DNA of 64,000 bases, from the NCBI GenBank assembly GCA_034520965.1, contig JAXHMY010000001.1:192001-256000 (forward strand). The letters are read 5' to 3'. This stretch comes from Spirochaetia bacterium. GTDB taxonomy: Bacteria > Spirochaetota > Spirochaetia > DSM-16054 > Sediminispirochaetaceae. The notes under the pieces were generated by a model that searched no databases, was not told the origin of the DNA, and saw only the letters and a program-made list of their open reading frames with translations. Position 1 is the first letter of the stretch, and each line of letters opens with the position of its first letter. Position numbers and translations under genes: made by a program. This document shows positions 40,586-49,664 of the stretch, in pieces.

Positions 40586-41071
40586 CTAGGGATACATCGT
40601 CTTAGAGGCCTGCTCTACCGCATCGACAATCTGCTGATACCCAGTACAACGGCACAAATTGGTGTTAATTCCTTTGCGTATCTCCTCGCGATTGGGGTGT
40701 TTGTTCTTAAGCAGCAGAGAATAGGCCGACAGGACCATTCCCGGGGTACAAAAACCGCACTGAATTGCCCCGGCATCGATAAACGCCTGTTGAATAGGAT
40801 GCAGGGTGCCGTCGGGCTGCTCAAAGCCCTCGATGGTGGTAATTCGTTTGCCGACCACGCTGCTTACCTTTGTCAAACAGGATCGTCGGGCGGCGTCATC
40901 AATCAATACGGTACAAGAACCGCAGGCTCCGGTACCGCAGCCGTTCTTAGTCCCGGTCAGGTTCAATACCTCCCGTAGATAGTCAAGCAGGTTCATATTC
41001 AGTTCCGTCTCAGCCAAGGCATGTTCGGTTCCGTTTACCGTAAGTACAGATGTTGTCTGTTCAGTGCTCAT
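40586..41071 (-). CDS. Xanthine dehydrogenase-family (2Fe-2S) small subunit
   Basis: 'GTKNGCGTGACGSCTV', 'IQCGFCTPG', 'NLCRCTGY'. Confidence 0.93.
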   Translation of the reverse strand: MSTEQTTSVLTVNGTEHALAETELNMNLLDYLREVLNLTGTKNGCGTGACGSCTVLIDDAARRSCLTKVSSVVGKRITTIEGFEQPDGTLHPIQQAFIDAGAIQCGFCTPGMVLSAYSLLLKNKHPNREEIRKGINTNLCRCTGYQQIVDAVEQASKTMYP

Positions 41072-43332
41072 TTTAACTCCTCAGGATTCACTTTCAAAGG
41101 CATGTCCCGGTAGCGAATACCGGTTGCGTTGTACAAAGCGTTGGCAATCGCAGGGGCAATCAGCTCCAATGCCGGTTCGCCTATCCCCTTTGCTTCAGAA
41201 GGAGACTGCGGGTCGGGGTTCTCTACAATGATACCGGTCATTTCCGGCAGCTCGCGAGCCTTTGGTATTTTATAGTGGTTCAGGTCCAAGTGAGGGAACT
41301 TTCCATCTTCTATTTCAAGATCCTCAGATAGTGCCATACCGACACCCTGGGTGATACCCCCGTACATCTGCCCTAACACCATAGCACGGTTTACCGCCCG
41401 CCCGATGTCGTGGGCGGCTACAATATTCTGCAGTTTAATTTTGCCGGTACTCTTGTTGACCGTCAGCTCCACCGCCTGAGAGCTGTACACATAAGTAAAA
41501 TAGGCATCGCCCTGGCCGGTTTCCTCGTCCCAGGAGACATCCGGCGCCTGGAAAGAGCCAAAGGCATAGGGGTAAACCCGCTTCAAGAACAGATGCTGCA
41601 TCGCCTCGTCCCAGGTAATTCTAGACTCATTATCGGGACCAAGCACATGGTCATCTTCAAAGCGTACTTCCTCCGGGCGACACTGCAGTACATCGTTCAA
41701 ATTATCCGCCATCAGCTGCTTGAGCTTATGGGCCGCAGCGTTTACCGCCCCCCCGCCCATGATGGTCCCACGAGTGGCCACTGTAGTACCGCCGTCGGGT
41801 ATATTGCTTGTGGAGGAGCGCTTGTACTTAATGCGGTCCAGGCGCACCCCTAACTGTTCAGCCAGCAGCAGCAGCATTACCGATTCTGAGCCCTGCCCAT
41901 TTTCGTGAATTCCAGTTTCCAAGAGGATAGATCCGTCGAACTGACAGTTAATGACACTCGAACAGAAGTCCATTCCTTCCGCCCCCAGGCTTGACCCCCG
42001 ATAACTGATAGAAAGGCCGACTCCATAGAGCTCATCATCCTCGGAAGTACCACGGGAGCATTTGCCAAGCTTCTCTTCATAGCCTATCTCGCCGGCTACA
42101 CGGTCCATGACCTGCTCCATACTGACGGTATGAGTATCGAGCACCTGACCGGTGACTGTCTCGCCATCCTGTTTGACCATATTAATTCGGCGATACTCCA
42201 GGGGACTTATACCAAGCCGCTCAGCGGCAATATCGCTGATCTGTTCCACCGCAAAATTCACCTGCGGGGCTCCAAAGCCGCGCATTGCCCCGGTAACCGG
42301 ATTATTGGTGGCTGCACACAGTACATCGGCATACACATTATCAACCGTGTAGGGGCCGAAACACTGGGCGGTGGACCGCCAGTTAACCCACGGGCTGACC
42401 GATAAATACGGACCACCGTCGGAGACCATGCGCACTTGCACCGCTTTTACCCGGCCGCTCTTCTCAATACCAACCTTGTAGTTCAATCGGTAGGGATGGC
42501 GTTTATAGCTTTCCCGGATCGACCATTCGCGGGTATAGGTAAGCTTTACCGGCCGGTTCAACAGCCTGGCAGCCAGTGCTGCCCGGGCGCAGACGATTGC
42601 AGCGGTATCATCCTTTCCACCGAAGCCGCCGCCCGTCGGCGGCTGATACACTTCTATATGAGACAGCGGCTCACCAAGAAGGGCTCCCACAAAGCGACGG
42701 GTACTAAAGGGGTGCTGCATACTGCCGTACACCTCCATTACCCCATCCTGCCGTGGTACACACACCGCCGATTCGGGCTCCATATACGCATGTTCGATAA
42801 ACTGAGTAGAGAACTCCTCCTGCAGGACAATATCACAATTTTTTAGTTCTTGCAGAGCATCACCGCGCCGCATTTTGTGGTGATTCATCAGGTTTGAGTT
42901 TTTTATTTCCCTTACAACCGGGCTTTCCGGGCTAAGGGCCGCTTCCGGATCGCTCACTACCGGCAAGGGGTCGGCACTGACTACTACTTTTTCTGCAGCT
43001 GAAAGAGCCTGGCTTCGCTGTTCCGCAACTACCAGCGCAACCACATCGCCTGCACACATTATCTTTTTCTCGGCAAACATACAGTAATCCTGATCGATCT
43101 GACCAAAACGAATGCTGCCGGGTACATCGGCGGCGGTAATAACTTTAAGCACTCCCGCACTTTTTTCCGCCGCTCCGGTATCAACCCGAAGATTCTCCGC
43201 ATGAATGTAATCACTATAAACAGGTACCGCATGGGCCATATTGAAAAACTTTAAGTCGTCGCTGTATTTGGCTTTTCCGGTAACCTTCGCATATGCATCA
43301 TTCCGAAATACTTTTCCGGAGGGTATTTTCAT
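41068..43332 (-). CDS. Xanthine dehydrogenase-family molybdopterin-binding large subunit
   Basis: 'KVTGKAKY.DD', 'EHAYMEPE', 'GGGFGGK', 'KRHP', 'AMRGFGAPQ', 'GQGS', 'AKGIGEP'. Confidence 0.93.
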   Translation of the reverse strand: MKIPSGKVFRNDAYAKVTGKAKYSDDLKFFNMAHAVPVYSDYIHAENLRVDTGAAEKSAGVLKVITAADVPGSIRFGQIDQDYCMFAEKKIMCAGDVVALVVAEQRSQALSAAEKVVVSADPLPVVSDPEAALSPESPVVREIKNSNLMNHHKMRRGDALQELKNCDIVLQEEFSTQFIEHAYMEPESAVCVPRQDGVMEVYGSMQHPFSTRRFVGALLGEPLSHIEVYQPPTGGGFGGKDDTAAIVCARAALAARLLNRPVKLTYTREWSIRESYKRHPYRLNYKVGIEKSGRVKAVQVRMVSDGGPYLSVSPWVNWRSTAQCFGPYTVDNVYADVLCAATNNPVTGAMRGFGAPQVNFAVEQISDIAAERLGISPLEYRRINMVKQDGETVTGQVLDTHTVSMEQVMDRVAGEIGYEEKLGKCSRGTSEDDELYGVGLSISYRGSSLGAEGMDFCSSVINCQFDGSILLETGIHENGQGSESVMLLLLAEQLGVRLDRIKYKRSSTSNIPDGGTTVATRGTIMGGGAVNAAAHKLKQLMADNLNDVLQCRPEEVRFEDDHVLGPDNESRITWDEAMQHLFLKRVYPYAFGSFQAPDVSWDEETGQGDAYFTYVYSSQAVELTVNKSTGKIKLQNIVAAHDIGRAVNRAMVLGQMYGGITQGVGMALSEDLEIEDGKFPHLDLNHYKIPKARELPEMTGIIVENPDPQSPSEAKGIGEPALELIAPAIANALYNATGIRYRDMPLKVNPEELK

Positions 43333-43351
43333 TCCACTACTCCTCGAGTTG

Positions 43352-43435
43352 TTTGCAACAGTTTACAACAATTTTCTGCTTATATCAATAAATTTTTACT
43401 GGACAAATAGCCAATTCGTTGTATAATGTTGCAAA
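43352..43435. promoter_or_regulatory. Back-to-back divergent sigma70 promoters (xdh / xanthine permease)
   Basis: Minus: TTGATA-17-TAAACT; plus: TGGACA-16-TATAAT. Both -10 boxes sit in the same GTTG[-10]GTTGCAAA context. Confidence 0.6.
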
Positions 43436-43457
43436 ATATTATTTTTAGGGGAAATAC

Positions 43458-44879
43458 ATGAGCAACACAGACACAGCTGCGGCAGGACCACAGGCAGATC
43501 AGTCGATCGAACTGATTTATGGATTAGATGATCGCCCACCTTTTTTGGAGGCATTATTTGCAGCACTTCAGCACCTTTTAGCCATTTTTGTCGGCATAGT
43601 AACACCACCGACCATCATTTGTGCGGTACTTGGTCTTCCCATCGAAATCACCTCCTATATTATCAGTATGGCATTGGTAGTTTCAGGTATTTCAACTTTC
43701 ATTCAAGCCCGACGCTTCGGCCCGATCGGCTCCGGACTACTGAGTATTCAGGGTACCAGTTTTACCTTTCTGGGGGCAATCATCGCCACCGGCAGCAGTA
43801 TTTTATCGGCCGGAGGTTCTCCGGAAATGGCACTCACGACTATATTCGGAGTCTGTTTCCTTGGTTCCTTCGTCGAGATGATTTTCAGTCGTTTCTTAAG
43901 ATTTCTAAAGAAAATCATCACTCCCCTGGTGAGTGGAATTGTAGTAACTCTGATCGGTCTCTCCCTTATTAAGGTTGGAATAACCGATATCGGCGGCGGC
44001 GCCGCTGCTCAGGGCAGTGAATCCTTCGGCAGCCTTACCAACCTGATGCTGGCCGGAATAGTACTAATTACCATCGTTATTTTTAACCGCAGTAAAAACG
44101 GCTTTTTGCGAATGAGCGCCATTGTAATAGGACTGATAGTCGGTTATATCATCGCGGCCTTTATGGGAATGGTAGACTTCAGCAAGCTGAGCGAACTCAG
44201 CTTAATGAACTTCCCGGTTCCCTTTAAGTTCGGCTTCTTCGGATTTAACTTGTCGGCTTTCATTACTATCAGCTTACTCTACCTTATCACTACAGTAGAA
44301 TCAATAGGAGACCTCACCGCTACTTCCATGGTATCCGGGCAACCGATTGAGGGCGATAAATACATCAAAACCATTTCCGGAGGCGTATTGGGCGACGGTT
44401 TCAACTCTGCCCTTGCAGCTATCTTTAACTCCTTCCCCAACACTACATTCAGTCAGAACAACGGTGTTATCCAGCTTACCGGTGTAGCCAGTCGCTATAT
44501 CGGCTATTTTATCGCCGGTCTGCTGGTACTGTTCGGCATGTTTCCGGTTATAGGAGGAGTCTTTTCCCTTATTCCCGCCCCGGTTTTAGGAGGCGCCACT
44601 ATTATCATGTTCGGTACGGTCGCCGCTTCCGGTATTAAGATTATTGCATCCAGCATAATCGATAGGCGGGGTATATTGATAATGGCAATTTCCTTCGGCC
44701 TGGGTCTGGGAGTTCTTATGGTTCCCGACGTAGTTCGTTACTTTCCAGGAGTTTTGAACTCAATTTTCAGCGATTCAATTACTACCGGAGGCCTCTCTGC
44801 AATCTTTTTGAATATCGTACTGCCGCGCTCATACCGGCAGCAAAAGGTTCACGAAAACCTTCGCACCGATCTGACCTAA
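43458..44879 (+). CDS. NCS2 xanthine/uracil permease (XanP/XanQ-like)
   Basis: 'ALQHLLA', 'QGTSF', 'ESIGD', NAT signature 'FSQNNGVIQLTGV'. Confidence 0.92.
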   Translation: MSNTDTAAAGPQADQSIELIYGLDDRPPFLEALFAALQHLLAIFVGIVTPPTIICAVLGLPIEITSYIISMALVVSGISTFIQARRFGPIGSGLLSIQGTSFTFLGAIIATGSSILSAGGSPEMALTTIFGVCFLGSFVEMIFSRFLRFLKKIITPLVSGIVVTLIGLSLIKVGITDIGGGAAAQGSESFGSLTNLMLAGIVLITIVIFNRSKNGFLRMSAIVIGLIVGYIIAAFMGMVDFSKLSELSLMNFPVPFKFGFFGFNLSAFITISLLYLITTVESIGDLTATSMVSGQPIEGDKYIKTISGGVLGDGFNSALAAIFNSFPNTTFSQNNGVIQLTGVASRYIGYFIAGLLVLFGMFPVIGGVFSLIPAPVLGGATIIMFGTVAASGIKIIASSIIDRRGILIMAISFGLGLGVLMVPDVVRYFPGVLNSIFSDSITTGGLSAIFLNIVLPRSYRQQKVHENLRTDLT

Positions 44880-44914
44880 AAGCAAACTGGATGTGCCCGC
44901 TTCGCTGGGCAAAC

Positions 44915-44949
44915 AAGAGGCGGCTGTAACATTACAGTCGCCTCTTTTT
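44915..44949 (+). terminator. Rho-independent terminator
   Basis: aagaggcggctgtaa-ca-ttacagtcgcctctt followed by a T run. Confidence 0.78.
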
Positions 44950-45020
44950 AATTTGAGGTTCTTAAAAATAACATTTTGAAAACATCCGGCATAAGCTTTT
45001 TGCACATAGAGCCGAGCGTC

Positions 45021-45251
45021 TTACAAAGCGATATCCTGCCCTTCTACTTCACTTACCAGGGCTTCAAACAGGGTGATAACATCTTTATTCATCTTTTCAC
45101 TTTTATGTTTTTTACACTCGGCATCGTTTAGGGGAAGCTGCTGCCCCTCCGCCGGCTGGAACTCGTGCACTTTCTCAATAGCTGAAGCTTCAACTCCAAA
45201 ATAGAGGTTGGCGATTCGTATAATCCTAACTTTAAAGGTAGACTCTTTCAC
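45021..45251 (-). CDS. Small hypothetical protein (76 aa), N-terminus faintly CheW-like
   Basis: Fills the gap between folE2 and the terminator; 'KVRIIRIANLYFGVEASAIEKV'. Confidence 0.4.
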   Translation of the reverse strand: MKESTFKVRIIRIANLYFGVEASAIEKVHEFQPAEGQQLPLNDAECKKHKSEKMNKDVITLFEALVSEVEGQDIAL

Positions 45252-45285
45252 TCTGTACTAAGTATCGAATTATTTTGAGAAAATA

Positions 45286-46080
45286 TTAAGAACTTACGTC
45301 ATCGGAAGTGATACAGGCATAGGCACTGTGGTTATGGATAGATTCATAATTTTCAACCTCAACCCTGAATTGATCAATCCGCTGATCTGCTTTCAGTTGA
45401 ATCGCTACCTCACGGGCGGCGTCTTCCACAAACCGTGGATTATCATAGGCTCTTTCAGTGATATATTTTTCATCCTGCCGTTTTAAGATAGTAAACAGAG
45501 GTGAGGAGGCCGAAGATTCAGCCATTTCTATCAACTCTTCATACCAAATGAAGTGTCGGGTGTGTACCCGAATATGTATTGTACCCCGCTGATTGTGTGC
45601 ACCGTAATCGCTGATTTCTTTGGAGCAGGGACAAAGGTTGCTTACGGGAACCTCGACGGAGAACCACATTGCCAAGTGGCCATCGCGCTCGGCTTCTAGG
45701 CGACAGGTATACTCCATCAAACTCTTGATTCCAGAAACCGGGGCCGCTTTTCGAATAAAGTAGGGAAAGCTTATATCGATATGGGCCGTTTCACACTCAA
45801 AGGTTTTGCGCATGTCATTCAGAATTTCATCAAGGCTGCTTGGCCAGAGTTTTAACTTGTGCCGCTCAAGAACTTCCACAAAACGGCTCATGTGGGTACC
45901 TCGGTCATGGTGGGGCAGATCTACATACATATTCATCGATGCAACCGTATGCTGTTGTTCACTCTGCCGGTCCAGCACCGTAATGGGATAGCGCAGGTCT
46001 TTTACCCCTACCTTGCGAATTCCCACATTTCTTTCGTCTGATTGGGCTTGAATATCTTTCAACTGTTCTGCATTGTTCAT
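45286..46080 (-). CDS. folE2: GTP cyclohydrolase IB
   Basis: 'KVGVKDLRYP', 'RGTHMSRF', 'LCPCSKEISDYGAHNQRG', 'LKRQDEKY.TE.AYDNPRFVED', 'ESIHNH.A'. Confidence 0.96.
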   Translation of the reverse strand: MNNAEQLKDIQAQSDERNVGIRKVGVKDLRYPITVLDRQSEQQHTVASMNMYVDLPHHDRGTHMSRFVEVLERHKLKLWPSSLDEILNDMRKTFECETAHIDISFPYFIRKAAPVSGIKSLMEYTCRLEAERDGHLAMWFSVEVPVSNLCPCSKEISDYGAHNQRGTIHIRVHTRHFIWYEELIEMAESSASSPLFTILKRQDEKYITERAYDNPRFVEDAAREVAIQLKADQRIDQFRVEVENYESIHNHSAYACITSDDVSS

Positions 46081-46095
46081 TTTACCCCTCCCCTG

Positions 46096-46464
46096 CTACT
46101 GCTCATCCCGCCGTAGAGTTACAAAACTGGTATCGGTTTCCCATAGTATGACTTCCCACAATTCATAATTACCACCCTTCAGGGGTGCCTCAAGCTGCTT
46201 CCAGATCCATTGGGCCATATTTTCAGTGGTGGATTGGGGAATAATATCATTTAAATAACTATGATCCAGCACATCCACAACTTTTTCTTTAACCTCACGC
46301 TTCAGAATAGTAAAGTCGAGTACCATACCGTCCTCGGCGGGGGTTCCTCTGAGGGTGACTCGCAGGCGATATGTGTGTCCGTGCAGGGACTCACACTTTC
46401 CATGATAATCCAAAATGTTGTGGGCGGCATCAAATTTAAAGTCTTTCGACACAAACATACTCAT
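46096..46464 (-). CDS. queD: 6-pyruvoyl-tetrahydropterin synthase family protein (QueD / PTPS-I/III type)
   Basis: 'FDAAH', 'GKCESLHGH', 'GMVLDF', 'LDHSYLN', 'TTEN', 'LWET'. Confidence 0.9.
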   Translation of the reverse strand: MSMFVSKDFKFDAAHNILDYHGKCESLHGHTYRLRVTLRGTPAEDGMVLDFTILKREVKEKVVDVLDHSYLNDIIPQSTTENMAQWIWKQLEAPLKGGNYELWEVILWETDTSFVTLRRDEQ

Positions 46465-46504
46465 AGTATTACAAAGATAATCAAGAATAGTCCTGTGTGC
46501 AAGC

Positions 46505-46535
46505 CGGCTCGCCCACTATTACCAGTGGCGAGCCG
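46505..46535 (-). terminator. Stem-loop downstream of the aldehyde dehydrogenase gene
   Basis: cggctcgcccact-attacc-agtggcgagccg; weak U-tail. Confidence 0.55.
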
Positions 46536-46551
46536 ATATATATCATAAGAC

Positions 46552-47993
46552 CTATTTATACCAGCCAAAGGGGCTTTCATCGATATTTACATAGATCGAT
46601 TTTGTTCGGCTGTAGTTCTCCAAGGCCATTTTGTGAACCTCACGCCCATACCCCGACTGTTTGTATCCACCAAAGGGGGAACCTGTGGGAACAAGGTTGT
46701 ATTCGTTCACCCATACGGTACCGGCCTCCAGGCCCTTCGATATGCGAACCGCCCTCCCGATATCCCGGGTCCAAACTGCTCCGGCCAAGCCGTATTCTGA
46801 ATCATTTGCAATCTGCAGCGCCTCAGCCTCATCGCCAAACTTACTCACCGCCAACACCGGTCCAAAGATCTCTTCCCTGGCTATTCTCATCGAGGGAAGC
46901 ACTTTGGTAAAGATAGTCGGCTGCATATAATTGCCGCTCAACGCACAGCCTCCGTAGGCCAATACCGCCCCCTCCTGACTGCCTATCCGTACATACTCCA
47001 GCACCGACTTAAGCTGGGATCGATCAATCATCGGGCCCATCCGGGTGGTTTCCTCAACCGCATTTCCAATCTTCACCCGTTCGAACTCCTCAATCAGCTG
47101 TTCAAGAAAGCTGTCATGGATAGATTCATGCAGCAGCAATCGGCTGCCGGCACAACATACCTGTCCCTGACTGTAGAGTATTCCCATGGCAGCTGCTTCA
47201 ACCGCCTTCTCCATCGGCGCATCGGGAAACACAATATTCGCAGACTTGCCCCCTAGCTCAAGGGTAATCGGAATTACACGGTCCCCCGCCGCCTGCGCAA
47301 TCCGCCGCCCAACCTCGGTAGAACCGGTAAAGGCAATCTTATCAACCCCGGGGTGCTCTACCAATGCCTGCCCACAGACACTCCCCGGACCTGGAGTAAC
47401 ATTTACCACACCGGGCGGGTACAAATCCGCCGTAAGCTCGGCAAACTTCAAAGCCGTCATAGGGGTGTTGGAGGCGGGTTTCAAAACCACACAATTACCC
47501 GCGGCCAGGGCGGGGGCAAGCTTCCAGCCGGAAATCAGAAAGGGGAAGTTCCACGGAACAATCAGCCCCGCAACTCCATAGGGCTCCCGCACTATCACCG
47601 AGAAAGCGCCGGAGTTATGGGTAACCACCGAATCTTCTTCGCTGCGGATAACCCCGGCAAAGTAACGAAACAGATCGACAAAAGCGGCAACATCCTCTCT
47701 GGTTTCAATCAGAGCACGTCCTGTATCCCGGCTCTCCAGCAGGGCCAGTTCTTCAGCATGAGCTTCTATTCGATCGGCAGTATGCAGCAGCACCAAAGAC
47801 CGTTCTGCGGGTGAAATATTTTTCCATCCCGGATAGGCGGCACGGGCAGCTTGGACCGCCGCATCGATATCTTCAGCTCCTGCTGAGGATACAGCGGCTA
47901 TCTGCGCATCTGTCGAAGGATCCACACTTACAAAAGTTTTTAAGAGTGGGCGGTTGTAAACCGCCCACCTATAAAAAGTCCGTATTCGTTCAT
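46552..47993 (-). CDS. NAD-dependent aldehyde dehydrogenase (frameshift near 47940 separates the N-terminus MNEYGLFIGGRF)
   Basis: 'PWNFP', 'KPAS.TP', 'FTGSTEVG', 'LELGGKS', catalytic 'GQVCCAG', 'EEIFGP', 'PFGGYKQSG.GRE'. Confidence 0.9.
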
Positions 47994-48007
47994 ATGTGTG
48001 CCCGGTA

Positions 48008-48899
48008 CTATTTCACAAATCCCTGGGCTTCAAGAAAACGACGTGCAATTACCTCCGGATCCTCACCATTATCATACTCAAGGTTAAGAGCGCTCATAGT
48101 GGCAGTATCGATCTGTCCACCGAGGGCATTCAACACCTCAAGCACCTGAGGGTACTCCTGCTGGATTCTTTCTCCAACTACATAGGCTCCCGAATAATCC
48201 GGAAAGAAATTCTTGTCATCCTCCAGCATTACCAAATTGAGTTTGGCTATCCGCGAATCAGTTGCGTAAGCCGAGGCAACATCTACCTCTTTCCCGTCGA
48301 TAGCACGGTAAATTAGGCCATACTGCATGGGAAGAACCTTCTTAAAATCGATACCGTAGTGCTTCGACCAACCCGGATGTGCATCCGGACGGGTGTCGTA
48401 ATTTTCATCGCCCGCCAGAATCCAATCCTCCGCGTAGGGAGCCAGATCGGAAGCCTTTTCCAGGTCATACTCCTCGGCGGTCTCTTTCCGCACCGCAAGC
48501 ACATAGGTGTTGTTAAACCCAAAGGGCTCGGACCAGGTCATTCCGAAGTTTTCTTCAAAGCCGGCTTTTACACGCCTATAAGTTTCTTCGGGCGCCAAGT
48601 TCGGCCCCTCGTAGCGCAAAATTCCTGTCAACTGAGTTCCGGTCCAGGTCGGGTACAGATCAATTTCATCTCCAACCATGGCCTGGTGCAGTACCGCAGA
48701 GGCCGAGAGATTCCGTATTTACCTTAGAGGATAGTTCTGTGTTCTCCTCGATGAGAATTTTGGCCATATGACCCAAAATCACCGTCTCGTTTACATTCTG
48801 GGCCGCTACTCGAATAGTAGTTCCCTCCTGCTGTCCACCGGCGCTGAGACCGGCCACAATTACCGTAAGAACCAGTAAAATCGTGATACTCTTTTTCAT
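48008..48899 (-). CDS. Osmoprotectant (OpuCC/ProX-type) ABC substrate-binding protein (frameshift near 48705)
   Basis: Signal peptide + 'AGGQQE'; 'IDLYPTWTGT', 'PFGFNNTY', 'SAYATDSRI', 'LEDDKNFFPDY'. Confidence 0.85.
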
Positions 48900-48929
48900 C
48901 AGATGCTCCTTTCCTTTGCGACAGGTTGT

Positions 48930-49664
48930 TTATTCCGCATTTTCAACGGTTAAGGCCTGTTGCTGTTTGAGTTTATGTTCATATCGTCGCTCACGACGAG
49001 CAATTCGTATGGCACGTTTCTCGGGGCGTAGATGGTGGCGCAAAGCCTTCAGGCCTTGATCGCCGGCTAAGGCCAGGAGAGTAGCCGGAAAAGCCCCTGC
49101 AAAAATCACTTCGTTTCGAATCTGGGTGAGCCCTGAAAAAATGAGCCTTCCGAGCCCTCCTCCGCCAATGGCTGCGGCCAAAGCCGCGGTTCCGATAATC
49201 CACACCGTGGCCACCCGAATTCCCCCGATTATTACCGGCAGTGCCAGGGGAAGCTCAACCCGTGTCAAAATTTGCATATCCTTGAGCCCCATCCCGCGGG
49301 CCGATTGGACCAGGGAGGGAGGTACATTTTTTATTCCAATATACGTATTCTGCAGCACCGGCAGCATTGCATACAAAAACAGCGCAAACACCGCATTATC
49401 ATTTCCAATTCCAAATATAAAAATGAGAAAACCTAACAGAGCCAGGCTTGGAATAGTCTGAAATACATTCGCCACTCCAATTACGTAAGGCGCGATTTTT
49501 TCATTACGGGTCAGATACACACCCAGGGGAATGCAGACCACCAGGGTCATCATAAGAGCTATAAATGAAATTGCCAGATGTTCAAACATGAGGCTAAATA
49601 TTCGATCGTAGTGACGAGCGGTAAACTCCCACAGTAATACAAAAAATCCCTTATCGCTTATCAT
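48930..49664 (-). CDS. Osmoprotectant ABC permease (OpuCB/CD-like)
   Basis: 'QTIPSLALLG', 'LYAMLPVLQNTY', 'ARGMG', 'VELPLALPVI..G.R', 'GGGGLG'. Confidence 0.9.
   Translation of the reverse strand: MISDKGFFVLLWEFTARHYDRIFSLMFEHLAISFIALMMTLVVCIPLGVYLTRNEKIAPYVIGVANVFQTIPSLALLGFLIFIFGIGNDNAVFALFLYAMLPVLQNTYIGIKNVPPSLVQSARGMGLKDMQILTRVELPLALPVIIGGIRVATVWIIGTAALAAAIGGGGLGRLIFSGLTQIRNEVIFAGAFPATLLALAGDQGLKALRHHLRPEKRAIRIARRERRYEHKLKQQQALTVENAE

Noticed and set aside
46465..46551. Possible preQ1 riboswitch before queD
   Set aside because: No preQ1-type stem with an A-rich tail; the region is explained by a hairpin after the ALDH gene and a promoter.
47946..47968. Strong hairpin gtgggcggtt-gta-aaccgcccac beside the ALDH frame break, as a programmed frameshift signal or terminator
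   Set aside because: It lies within plausible coding sequence (IGGRFTTAH) and upstream of the break in the reading direction, whereas stimulatory structures lie downstream. An indel error is simpler.
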